64,000 nt of DNA from Amoeboaphelidium protococcarum X5 (lineage: Eukaryota > Fungi > Aphelidiomycota). The notes under the pieces are model-generated. The model had not been told where the DNA came from. It searched no databases and saw nothing but the letters and a program-made list of their open reading frames with translations. The stretch covers positions 1-64,000 of the forward strand of contig JALDTO010000213.1 of the NCBI GenBank assembly GCA_023515725.1. The letters are read 5' to 3'. Shown piece by piece: positions 26,797-39,158 of the stretch; the first letter of the stretch is position 1, and each line of letters opens with the position of its first letter. The position numbers were made by a program, and so were the translations under genes.

Positions 26797-27918
26797 TCAA
26801 TTAACTTTACTTTTAGTCTTGGTCTATCTAGTCCGTCTATCATCACCATTGACATCTTAAGAACTAATTTTAGAAGTATTCAGACTCTATACTATTTTAG
26901 ATCTTCGTGTCATGAAAGCTTCTAAGCCAATCCCAGTAAATACAACACCGACGGCGACCCATTGACTGAGATTAAGTTGATGATTGAACCAGAACACGGA
27001 CAGTATCATGGACAGCATCTTTCGAGTGACATTGACCGTAACGAGAATCAGAGAGCCAAATCTCTCCAAAGTGTAGAAGATGAACAACTATCCAACTGAA
27101 CCGAAGAAGCCAAATATTACCACATCAACCACAGAATCTGGATAAGTGGACAAGAACTTCAAAGCTTCTAACAAGGCATTTGAACCGTCCGCACTCATGA
27201 TAGGAGTAATTGAACCCAGGTAGAATAACATCAAGAGCGATGATATGAGATTCATGTAAAACATCATATGAGCCCCGTTCACCTCTTTATACCGACTAAA
27301 GATATTATCCTATGTACTGTTAGTGACTCCATCAAGGAGTAAATTAATAGCGAGAAGAACAAGTCCATACACACTATTTTATCGCGCATCGACAGTACCA
27401 AGCTTGGCGGGATGCATGAAGGTGAATATACACACGCCGGCAGTGATCAAAAGAACACTAGCATACTTGTACCATTCGTGAACTTTGCGATACAGCACAT
27501 AGCTCATTATGATAACTGGAAGCAGTTTACAGCTCTTCGCTAGTATCATTGTGGGATAATCGACATGCTTCAGACTCTCATAACCAAATGGAGATGCAAT
27601 CGTAGAGAGAACGGCCACCTTGACAAAATCCAGCAAGAGTTGAGCGGATGGCTTTAAAAGCAGAGATTCAGATTACCCAGCAACTTTTACAGTTGGCGTT
27701 CGCCGCTATCTTAAATACATATAGACTATAGACACTATGCTGGCAATGAATGCTTACAAACAATTCAAGAACACGAAATGCTTAAAGTATGCTGGCTAAT
27801 GCTACTTCAAATGGTCATCATGCGCATAGTACGGCGTAGTGGACACTCGCTCCTACAGCAGTCCCCAAGAAAGGAAGCATCCATAAATTCCAGCGATACA
27901 AAATGCCAACTCATACAT
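26797..27918 (-). CDS. HUT1: Nucleotide-sugar transporter Hut1/SLC35B1
   Basis: CIAGIYGCFLSWGLLQERV, SLKHVDYPTMILAKSCKLLPV, LDGVTNSTQD, VTVNVTRKMLS. Confidence 0.9.
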
Positions 27919-28059
27919 TTTAGTTCCACTAACAATGAGTCGATATCTCGTTCTCCAATGCTTTATCGTATTGTATTAGGAGAAAGCTTTTAGATTGAAT
28001 GAAAGAGAGAGCGACGATTCAAGTAAAGGAAAATCTCTATCATGTTAAATAAAAGTCTA

Positions 28060-29021
28060 TCATTGTTGCATTTCCTGACGAATTGAATCTTGCATTCCAT
28101 TGGAGCTGAATGGTTAATGCCACGCTATTTCCTCAGCACATCCACCGCTCAAATCGCAGCTCTATGAGCAAGTATAGATCATAATACTACCAAAATCCAG
28201 AGATTTCGCGTCTCGATGATCAAGTCCGAGATAGTTGAGAATTTGGGGCATCAGTTAGAATTCAAATGATCTCTCAGATTTGCAGTTTGGACAATGCGGT
28301 ATATCTTTTGGTAGTGGAATATTCTACTCGCTCACATATAATGGCTCAGGATTAGAACATTCTACAGAACGCGCATACCGTAGCACCTAATCCAGATCGT
28401 TCCTAATTCTCTTTTGAAACTTTAAAAACATTCGATCGACACCAGTCTCACTATCCTCACACTCTTCCATTGCATCATCGTTGTTGATATCATCTGTATT
28501 AAAGGGAGCGGTCAGTTTCTAGGCAGCTAATGCTCTGGCAACATCATCTGCAGTATCCGTATTGATTGATGATTCCTCTTCAGACACTATGAAGCTTTCT
28601 TAGTAAGGAGAATCACTAACCAGATCGCTCATATTCTCAATACTATCACAGATTACATCTTCAGCCCATTAAGCTCGAATTACACGGATAGCTTCATTTT
28701 TACCTTCAATCATACAAGTTGAATCGCGGCACACAAAGACGTAGATCACTCGGTGAAACGCGTAATTATCCACTTCATCATCTGGAGCATACAACTGCAG
28801 TAGCAGATTCATCAATTTACCACATCTTCCACATAAACAATGATCTAATTTGAATTTGTTATTCTGATCTTTTGGTGCAGTCTACATGAGAGATTTATCA
28901 ACTGTAAATTTGTACGTATGAAAATAATGGATGTGATTACCGGTAACCCACCAATTTTACTGACAGTCAAATCCACAATGTCAGGTCGCTCAGTATCAAC
29001 AAATCCCAATACGACAGTCAT
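28060..29021 (-). CDS. TSR4: PDCD2/Tsr4-family protein, 1 intron
   Basis: MTVVLGF..SKIGGLP^..CGRCGKLMNLLLQLYAP..HRVIYVFVC..FQLMPQIL..LDFGSIMIYTC. Confidence 0.85.
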
Positions 29022-29339
29022 AATCTCGTATTTATGCGCAGTAGATATTTGATTGCGATGATACTACGGCAGTCTGCTAAAACTTTTTAAGATTTTCCAT
29101 AATCAAAGCTCACGCGCGTATGCTCTGGGGCGTTTCAGAAACCTTTCATCTGTCCTCTCATGATTCCTTTCTTCCCCCATTCAACAACAGTCGTTTCATC
29201 ATTCCTGGTTGAAACAACTTCTGCTTCCAAAGACTTTCATTGCTAATACTTTGGTATTGTATCATATAGATAGATTCCTTGTTTAATCTAGGTGCAGAGT
29301 TTAGATAGAGTATTGCTTTTTATTAAATTCTTTAAATTC

Positions 29340-31094
29340 ATGTCTAGACCGACTACTGGAAAGAGTGGAGGTGGTAGTATTCACCGTACTTCTAGTGTTC
29401 GGGCGTTTGGTAGAGACTTGGCTCAGTCGCAGAAGATTGCTATTGCTGCATCAAACACGGAGCGGAAACACTCTAGTGATGGTTTGACCAAGAATTTTTA
29501 TGAAGATAGTTTTCGGCCTGTCTATGAACCAATGAAGAACAGTTAGTCATCACCTCCACCTCCACCTCCTGCTTCTTCTGCACTAAAATCCACCTCTATT
29601 TAAAACTCTTTGAGTAGAAGTTTTAGCTCTTACAGTAATAATAACAATAACAATGATTATAGAGATGGTAATTATGTTTATAAGTAGAAGCATGTTGATT
29701 CTCCTCGTACATCTCCCAGAAAGACTAATGCATCTTCCTTCAGTAGTTAGAGTAACAATGAGTTGGAGTCTCTTCGTGGCCAGATATCACTGTTAGAGTC
29801 TAGTAATGAGTAATTACAGTCTAGATTGGACAGTATGTAGAAAGATTTCAGCCAGGCGTTGAATAGATAGTAAGCATCATTTTAATCCAAGCTTGATCAG
29901 GTGGTGGATAGTTAGAACTCCATGTCCAGAGATTAGAATCATAGTAATAGTTTGCATATGAAATGTAAAACTATGGAGCAGTAATTGCGTTAGTTGGAGA
30001 ATTTATTCAACACTATGCAAAGATAGAATGACTCTGGTCAAGTGGCACGATTAGAAAAGATGGTGGATAGACTTGGTTCTTAGGTATCAAGCTTAGAATA
30101 GCAGATATAGCAGCAGTCATCTGTTAGTTCTCAACAGTCTAGATTACAGAATCTACTAAATGCTGTGCAAAGCAAATTGGTCGAGATTGAGAACAAGCTG
30201 TATGATCAAGAGAAGCAGCTGTCCGTTTATAATATACCTGGATTGAACAAGGCCATGGCAAAGCTATAAACTGAATATTCAGCCATTGAGCAGAATCAAG
30301 AGTTTTTAAATTAAAAGATGACTAGAGTGGATGCTCTTGCTAAATAAGTAAAGTAGTTGCAGACTTCTCTTGAGAATGAATAATCATAATATGTGCGTAA
30401 TTCTAGGCAATTTGCAGATTATGATGAGAATGAAATCTTTGAGTAGCTGGAATCTTTGAATGAAATTGTCAGAAAGTTGGATGAGAGAATCTCTTTATCA
30501 GAGTAGAAGCTGCACGAGGAGCTTATCGTGAATTTGAAAAAGATTATGGCATAGATTTCAAAGTTGTAAAGTGGCAATTAAAATGCAGAAGATTCTATTC
30601 AATCCTCGTCAGTACATCATCAAGAAATTACTATGCTTCGCGACGAACTGGCTTCGATAAAGAAGCAAATCTCTGCTCGCGGACTATCCCAGACAGACAC
30701 CAAATGGAAAGATTCGATTGAGAATAGAGTGAAAGTTTTGGAGAATATGGTCCACAATGTAGCATCCACTGTCACTGCTGATGGCCGCTCTAACAAGATT
30801 TAAAAATCATCTTCCCTCATTGTTACAGTCAATGAACCTGAGAATGATATCAACTATGTGAAAAGAAGCACTCTCCTCAGTCCTACTGATGCTTACTCGT
30901 CTCTGAAACGACCAAGTGCCAGACAGAATGAAGCTGCGAGCAGAGAGTCATTGATGTTTATCGGAAGTAATTACGCACTCGATCAGGAATAAAGACCAAC
31001 GATGGGCAGTGACGAGTATCTGTAGAATGAGCCGTTTCTTGAAGATTTAAATGAGTTGGAGGAAGGTCATACTCTAGTGAATGAAGATTAATGA
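29340..31094 (+). CDS. Hypothetical coiled-coil protein (~584 aa)
   Basis: Long TAR=Gln frame with heptad-rich centre and Ser/Pro-rich N-terminus; no family recognised. Confidence 0.65.
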
Positions 31095-31270
31095 TATTAA
31101 TAGTTTGTGCTAATTACCTTGTTATATTTCACGCATGAAACTTTATTACAATGATCAAAACCAACAGTAGCTCTTTATCATAATTTAAGATTTTTATAGT
31201 GTATGATTGCAATTGAGTAGTTTACATATTCAAGAACAGTGCGTCACACTCTTGCAAGACTGAACTATAA

Positions 31271-32313
31271 ATGACCGCGTTTTTAGTAATTTCTGAAACA
31301 GAAACTTGTTCCTTTTTTGATGTTTCAAAAGAACTGGAAAAAACTCGTCGAGACAATGCAATGCAGACTGAAATATTTGAAAATGTCATGATACAACTGG
31401 AACAGCTGACTCGTAAAGTGATTAATAATTCTATAGAATCTAGAGATCTTAAGTCGTAATTAGAGAATCTGATGTCGCAGTGTGGGAGCGAGTTTTAGGA
31501 TAACCCATTCAATCATTGGTTCTTATATCTGGCAATCAAGTCTGATTAGAAAGAGATTTGGGATTTAATTTTACATTATGTGCTACAACTAGATAATAAA
31601 GGGCTTAAGATCAATGAGAATAATGATATAATGGAAGAGCATAATGCCATGACTGATTCAGTTAAATGGCAAATGATGAAACAATCTGGACTTGCTGATT
31701 TCGTCCCTCGATCTTCTTTACACTAACACTCGGATATATAGGATATTAATGCTTTAGTTAGTAATCTATTGATGCATCGTTAACATGTGTAAGTTAATAG
31801 TATATTACATGCCTTGAAAGATAATCCTTAGTTGAGTTTGTCAATTCAAATGACATAATAAGATTTTCAAGAGTTGCTCGCTGCACATAGAAATCTCTGT
31901 ATCAGCATAGTGTAATGCTTGTAACAATTTAATGCATTCGATCACTTGCTCCATTGGACTAATCTCACACTATCATGCTTTGAAGTTCATCTCCAATTGT
32001 TGAGGGATGATGTGATAGGCATGTAAGAAATTCACTTAATATTCAGTGACTCGATATCAAAACTGGAACGTGTCACTGATCAAGTTGAAAAAGTTCGATA
32101 AGTCCGACTTGTAAGAATTTATTTATATTCAATCGATAGTAATAATATGATGATTAGATTTTGTAGATTTGTATGTTTGTCAGGTAGCTAATGACACAAA
32201 AGGACAAGATCAGTATTGCAGATTTAAGGTATGCTCTTGACCCATTTCTAGTGGAGCATTCTCGAGTTCCTGAGGCTGTGGAGTTGTATAAACGGCTTCT
32301 CGCTATAACATGA
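31271..32313 (+). CDS. Hypothetical helical protein, probable 1 intron
   Basis: Open frame from ATG 31271; GTAAGA...TTGTAG intron at about 32111-32166 leads to TGA at 32311-32313. Confidence 0.5.
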
Positions 32314-32364
32314 TGATAGTGGAAAAGCAATAAAAGTATAGCAACAATATACAAATCAGTTTAG

Positions 32365-33144
32365 TCACCCAGAGCTGTTCATTGATAGCAAATACTATTA
32401 AATTTCAGGGAATTCGCAAATGGACGCATATGATATAGGAGTCTCCCCTTCACTATCCTCTGCGTTGATGTCAGCACCACACTCTCCGACAAGATACTTT
32501 ACAATTTCCAAGTTCCCTTGATCAACAGCATGATGAAGTAATGATGTATTACAAGAATCACGTACTTGTATATTGTCTTTATTAACCAATTCCCGTACTT
32601 GAGTCAAATCACCAGCAAGCACAGCTTAGAACAAACGATTAATCTCAGGATTTTGGCTGAACTTCTCGTCACTTTAACCATCCTCCGCTCTCTTTTCAGC
32701 ACTATTACTCGGTGAAGTATCAAATGATGGTAATTGCTAGTCTTATGCGGGTTATTATGTTAGAGAACTGCCAGGCGATGATGGATTAAAACCAAGATCA
32801 TTCTTCACCAGATCCAGGTATCGTCGCTGAGCTTCTTCTTTATCCATATCACCTAAATCTTACCATGCCTTCTACTTGGCCTCCTGCGCATTCAAAGGAC
32901 CAATGACGCTGGACACGATACTCAACAGCCTCCCAGTCCATGTGGAATTCCTCTCCTCCTGCTCATCCATATCCGTGGCACGGGCAAACTCATCGTCTGC
33001 ATACCTCCCGCTAGTACCCTGCTTGTACAGCGCATACAACTGCAAGCGAGTACTGTTAGATAAATGGCCCAGCTTTCCATCGACCGCTTGCTGTTAAACG
33101 AACTGAGACGCTCTCTTGAAATCGGTACTCAGTTATGCGGACAT
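32365..33144 (-). CDS. ACBD6: Acyl-CoA-binding plus ankyrin repeat protein (ACBD6-like, 259 aa)
   Basis: RLQLYALYKQGTSG..KQKAWQDLGDMDKEEAQRRY; ankyrin SLLHHAVDQGNLEIVKYLV..EGETPI. Confidence 0.85.
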
Positions 33145-33424
33145 TTCCAACGTGTGTTGTTGTATCAAACAGAAACAAAGATCTACACGCCGCGCGTCCT
33201 CATTAAAAACCTGAAACTGATAATGATTTGATGATGGTTGGTATCAAGTGATATATTTAAATTATAAAAGTATCTTAATAATAGTATAGCTATAAGCATA
33301 AAACATGAAGTTGATTCAAATACTCTAGTGTGAACACAAGTCAATAGTTACGGAATCTATTTTCTTTTCTCCGTAGCAAACCATCAAAACGTTTGAAAAT
33401 TGATCAAATATCGAATAAGAGAAA

Positions 33425-34525
33425 ATGGTGACAATGGAAAGTCTTGACGTGGAATAGACATAGATTTTAGACGTATAGTCCGCCGAGTAGCAGTAAATTC
33501 CTAAAATCAGTGATATTGATAAGCTGAAGGTGAAGGATAGAAAGAGAAAGTCTGATGGTGGTGCATTATCTGAGCGCGATGCTAAAAAGAAGCTTCGTCA
33601 AGAGCGAAAGCTGAAGAAGAAGCTCAAGGTATCAGAGCTATTGGAGTTACCCGTGGAAGATATTAGTTCTGGCGGCGCATTAAACCCGGAGAAGAAGTAG
33701 AAATACAATAATAATTTGGGTGTTTGGATTGGAAATCTCGCCTTCAGTACCAAGGCTGAGTAGTTGAAAAAGTTCTTGATATCGCATCAGACTACACCAT
33801 CTGCCATTACGCGTTTGAAAATGCCACATTAAAAGTTGAGTGGTTAGGAGCTTTTTAATAAAGGATTTGCTAAAGTGTACTTTGAGTCTGAAGATGGTGT
33901 CACCTAGGCGGTGGCATTGTCTGAATCAGACTTTGAAGGTAGAAAGCTGCTAATCAAGCGGATAGATAATTTTGAAGGCCGACCTGATGAAGAGTCGCGC
34001 GTTAACGGCGGTGAGGATGGTAATGGTAAGAAATCAGGCAAATCCACTCACCTAGTACCAAACACAAAGATATTTATTGGTAATCTGCCATTTGATACCA
34101 AGCTGGCGGATGTTCAGTAATGGTTCTCGCAGTATGGCCCGATTGCAAATGTTCGTCTCGCTCAGTTTGAAGACTCTGGAAAGTGTCGCGGATTTGGCCA
34201 TGTTATCTATTACCATCTGGAGTCGGCTAAATCTGTTATCAATGCATCTACCCAAGGACTTTTGAAGGTGGAGTTTAAACGCAAGAGTCAGGATGATTAA
34301 TCCACACCAGCTGAGAGCGTAGAGTGTAGAGTCAAAGTGGAGTATGGAGCTAAACACGACGCCAAGACGTTCTCTAATGTCAAGAGAAATCGTGATTAAA
34401 ATAGGTCGGGATTTTAAGATAGGCATGCTCGACGCGATAATTATCGAGTTGAAGAGGATCCACCTGCTATTTAATAGTAGTAGAAGCCCCAAAATACAAA
34501 GATTGTGTTTAGCGACGATGACTGA
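33425..34525 (+). CDS. NOP13: Nucleolar two-RRM protein (Nop13-like, 366 aa)
   Basis: GVWIGNLAFST, NKGFA, GRKLLIK..FEGRP, IFIGNLPFD, SGKCRGFGHV, C-terminal KIVFSDDD. Confidence 0.8.
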
Positions 34526-34683
34526 TAGATACAGTAAGCCGCTGTCACCATGAGTGAAATCTTTAATAAAAATCAAAAGTACACCTAAACAGACATAATA
34601 TATATTCACATTCTATTTGAAATTCCCCTCAACTAGTCCATAAGTCCACGCATCAATCCGCCCATCAGTCAAATGTTATAAGC

Positions 34684-35227
34684 TCATGCTCGACCACCAC
34701 TAACTAAAGATGAGAAATTTGATGTAAAGTCAAATGGGGAAAGCTTACCTTCTTTCTACAAACGAGGCCTGGCCATGGACGAGGAAGACTGAGGATTCAT
34801 TTTCTATGCATTATATCCGGCCGTGGTGGATGATGTAGCTCCAATAGGTGGAATGTAATCACTGGCTGATGATGTTGATCTCTCGGCCAACTCCTCCTCT
34901 CGAGCCACTTTGGCATTGAGCCAACTTTACCAAGAGCAAAACACCAGAAAGAAGGCGTAAACCGCTGCAGCTATAAAGCAATTATTCGCAGCATTTTCAG
35001 TGTCTTCAATAGGTTCCTTGCCTTAAGTGAGAACGTGGTTGCCTTACTTTATAAGAGATCCCAACACTAACTACATTAATTGTGATAAAAGATACATGTT
35101 AGTGGATGTAAGTTTAGCTGTAATATAATCTCAACAATAATAATAACAATCATACCAAGAATACAATGCCAAAGGCACTAAGTCCAGAACAATAAATAGA
35201 CTATATCCGACTAAAATACGGCTTCAT
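34684..35227 (-). CDS. RNASEK: V-ATPase subunit f / RNASEK-like two-TM protein with C-terminal extension, 1 intron
   Basis: MKP..YCSGLSAFGIVFL^LVLGSL..AANNCFIAAAVYAFFLVFCSWQ. Confidence 0.75.
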
Positions 35228-35588
35228 AATACTATACTCTTGGACTCTATATATTTATTTATGCAGGATTTTACACGACAAAAGAACGATTGAACTACGA
35301 GCTGAAAGAGATTGTGTGCGCGAAAGACTTCTTCCCACCTGAAGAAGGGACGAGATTACCAGAGCAAAAAGAGAGAAGAGAAAATCGAGAGAGTTGTCGT
35401 TGTCGACTTTATTCTGATTCTGTCTCTGAAAAAGATTTTTCTCCCGACTTTGTTCGTTAAAAATTCCGCCGCCTGCCAACTATCACATTTCTCTTTCCTT
35501 TCGTTCCTTTGACGCTACTAATCATCAACATTATTACTTATCATTTACAGTAAGGTTTTCTGATAATAAATAAAGACTATTATATAAA

Positions 35589-35945
35589 ATGCCGGGAAAT
35601 ATGCCATTGCTGGAGGTGGACAACTGGTTGCACCAGGTTACTTGCTTGTATGCTGCAGCCATTCCAATATATATCTTTGTGAACAATCACCTGGGTCCAA
35701 AGACGATGGAGCCAATGTTCTGCCGTGATTTCCTCATGTCTCACTTTGAGAAGATTGCCTCTTCTCCGTCTGCAGTCTAGGCTGCTCAAGCTGGTTCCTC
35801 ATCATCTGCCACTACTGCATCATTTGTGCCAAAGCTGTAAAAGTTGCCATTTGCCAGATTTGGTAATGCCGCTTTCGGTAGTGGAAATGTTCGTTCCCGC
35901 GTCGCTGGAATCACCATGAAGGGATTGGCTGCTCTCTTTAAATGA
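35589..35945 (+). CDS. Candidate nucleus-encoded ATP synthase subunit 8 with C-terminal extension (118 aa)
   Basis: From Met at 35601, MPLLEVDNWLHQVTCLYAAAIPIYIFVNNHLGPKTMEPMFCRDF aligns without gaps to the fungal Atp8 pattern (M1 P2 L4 Q12 T14 P33 R42 F44); contains TAG and TAA read as Gln. Confidence 0.6.
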
Positions 35946-36397
35946 GAATTTTATGGATTACTATTGGAATCATATGAAATAAATGCAGATCTAGTTCTCT
36001 AGTACAGTTTTCAGTCTTTGTACATTTGGATGTAACATTACAATGGTAGAAAGTTGATACTTTAACTAGTGCTCGTAATTTCATACCACTGTCAGTTACC
36101 GCAATACAACACGCCGATCACAGATATGATTCAGAATGTTAAGTACGACGTAAATCTCTTAAAACAAGTACACGCATATATGCGATATCGCCTAATTGTC
36201 ACTTTAAAATTAAACTAAATGATATCAAAGTTGAACCAAGGGCGCGCGTGTAGGGACTATTCATCAACTTTCGAGTTGCGTCTGCGAGCTTTTTTATCTC
36301 TTTGCCGTTGTTACTCAGAGGTGTTGCACGTAAAATTACAGTCGCTGTCGTCAAAATTATTTCATTAACTCGCGTTAATATCCTAAGCAAAAGCTTT

Positions 36398-37423
36398 ATG
36401 AGCATGGTGTCAAAAGCAAAGAAGATTGGTACGCATAGTGGCACGTTCCATGCGGATGAGAGCTTGGCGTGTTGGATGTTGAAGCAGACTAAAGAGTTTG
36501 CCGATGCAGAGATTGTCCGCTCCCGTGACCCGTCTGTACTTGATCAGTGTGATATTCTGGTGGATGTGGGTGGTGTCTATGATCCAGCGAAGCATAGATA
36601 TGATCATCATTAGAGGGAATTTAATGAGTTAATGTCTATCGGCGGCACTGATTACAAGGTTACCAAATTGTCCTCTGCCGGTCTTATCTATCGTCACTTT
36701 GGTAAAGAGGTGTTGTAGAGCATCATGGATGACAACAGTTAAATCGCCGGATTGACTGCAGGGGCTGACTACAAGGCTAATATTGATGTGGTCTACAAAA
36801 AGGTTTACGATGACTTTATCGAGGCTATGGACGCTATCGATAATGGAGTTTCGCGTTACCCAGACACGGTGAAGGGCAAGTACCGTGAGAGTACACACCT
36901 ATCTGCTCGTGTTGGACGCCTCAATCCATGGTGGAATCAGGATGACTCTGATATGGATGAACGCTTTGCCAGAGCAATGTAGATTTGTGGCGAAGAGTTG
37001 AGAGAACGCGTACTGTTCATATCTAAAGCATGGCTACCAGCAAGAGACTTGGTGAAGAAGGCGCTGGATGATCGGTACAAGGTGGATAAGAGTGGAAAGA
37101 TTATGGTGTTTGATCAATCGCTGCCTTGGAAAGAGCATCTGTTCGACCTTGAACAGGGTCTGGACATCTATGAAGAACGACCACTGTATGCTCTATATCC
37201 TGATTAGAGTAACAAATGGCGTGTGCAATGCATTCCCCTCTAAAGTGAAGGATTTACCAACCGTAAGCCTCTGCCTGAGTCATGGCGTGGGCTGCGTGAC
37301 GAAGCTCTGTCTCAGCACATTGGTATCCCTGGATGTATATTCGTACACGCTGCCGGCTTCATTGGTGGTAACGCTACTAAGGAAGGAACTCTATAGATGG
37401 CTATTAAGGCTGTCTAAAGTTGA
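36398..37423 (+). CDS. MYG1: MYG1 exonuclease (341 aa)
   Basis: [62 protein letters not shown]. Confidence 0.95.
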
Positions 37424-37573
37424 TCATTGCTCATGTGAAGATTAAAATATGAAAATCGCTTTTAAATATGATAGTGAGCGTATTAAACTTGATCGCAGCT
37501 TTAACATGATTTTTTTACTTCAATCTTCTCTCTTGTTATTTCATCGCGCGTTGCAACTTTTAAGTCGTCAAGT

Positions 37574-39005
37574 ATGAAGCATTTATTATAGTCAATCACA
37601 TCCACCATTCTCTTGCTGGCTTTGATGCTAGCACAAGTTTGTGCATCATCAGCTGTTACTGGTACGTTAGTTAAGTAGGTGCTAGTAGTTGCAGATAAGG
37701 GAAGCGTGGCAGAAGTGGAAAAGGATTACAGCTAGTTCTGGTCTCAGCTGAAGAGTATGTCCTATATACCGTTGTCGTTATCAATTTGTTAAATCTTTAT
37801 GTGTAGAGCGAGATTATAATTTGACTTTTGCTGATGTATCCACCGCTGAGTTGTTCAAATATGGTTAGAAGACGTGCGATAACTTGATCTTGTTCTCACC
37901 TGAAGTCAAGTCGTTGGGTGGCAGCAGTAGTAAGTTTAGTGCTGGCGATGTTATTGATTTTGTCGGTCAGGGAGGTAATGTGCTGCTGACTGCATCATCC
38001 ACTTCTGGCTCGGTAGTTCGTAAGCTGGCTCTGGAATATGGTTTTGAATTGGATCCCAGTGGTACTTTATTAGCAGGAGCGAGCGACAAAATTGTGGATA
38101 AGTCTTTAGATGCTGAGTATGGTGGGGGTAAGAAGACTGTTCTAAAGGTGGATGTTGATTCCGAGTTGCCATTCCTTACCAAGTCTGGTGGTAGTGGTTA
38201 GGTGTTATTCCACGGTATTGGACATCGCTTGGTGGAGCATAACAACTTGGTGTTCCCTGGCTTGAAAGTGGATTCTACTTCAGTCGATATTATTGACTCC
38301 AAGACTGGTAATAAGAAGAAGAGTACCGGCGATAATAAAGACAATGTTCTAGTAGGTCTGTCATAGGCGAGGAACAATGCAAGGGTGGCATTTACCGGTT
38401 CTATGGCCATGTTTTCTGATAAGTTTATGAAAGCTGATGACAAAAGTGGCAATGCTCAAGTTATATCTCAATTGACCAGTTGGCTATTCCAGGAAGTTGG
38501 TCAGATCAGAGTAAAGTCTGTAAGCCACCATAGATTGAATGAGAAGAAGCCACTGAAATAGTACAGAATCAAGGATCCTTTTGTGTATGAGATTGAACTG
38601 GAAGAATTAGTTAACGGTAAATGGCGCCCATTTTAGTTGCCATCCAAGGATGATAAAGTGCAGTTGGAGTTTGTAATGCTGGATCCATTTATCAGAACTA
38701 ATCTGGTGCCTTCGCAGGGTGGAAAGTTTGTGACGCGTCCAGATTTGATCCTGCCTGATGTCCACGGCGTGTACACCCTCAAGGTGGAGTATAAGCGCAG
38801 AGGTTACTCATACATTGTGCAGAAGGATGTGGTTAGTATCGTACCGTTTAGACATAATGAATATCCGCGATTTCTCGTAGCTGCGTACCCCTATTATGCT
38901 AGCGTGGGACTGAGTATGGGTGTTTTCATCTTATTCACCTTGTTCTATCTGTATTATCAAGATCCAAGTGTAACATCAGCGAATGAAGGCAAGAAGAAGA
39001 AATGA
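37574..39005 (+). CDS. WBP1: Oligosaccharyltransferase subunit Wbp1/DDOST, 1 intron
   Basis: Signal peptide, QARNNARVAFTGS, VQLEFVMLDPFIR, LPDVHGVYTLKVEYKRRGYS, TM followed by KKKK ER-retrieval end. Confidence 0.9.
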
Positions 39006-39158
39006 TTGATTATTATCAGGATTGACATTTAGTACCAATCGTAAATCACAACACTTTCAATTCACCAAGAATTGTTATTAACATTTACATCAAGATTAAA
39101 TTCTTTATATTACAGCCGTGATCGCAATCAATTAAACTACATCAAACAATTCAAAGTT

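Noticed and set aside
34704-34748. Second intron in the RNASEK-like gene (GTAAGC...CTTTAG)
   Set aside because: It reads through in frame to the same TGA and lacks the TGTAG acceptor, so it is not needed.
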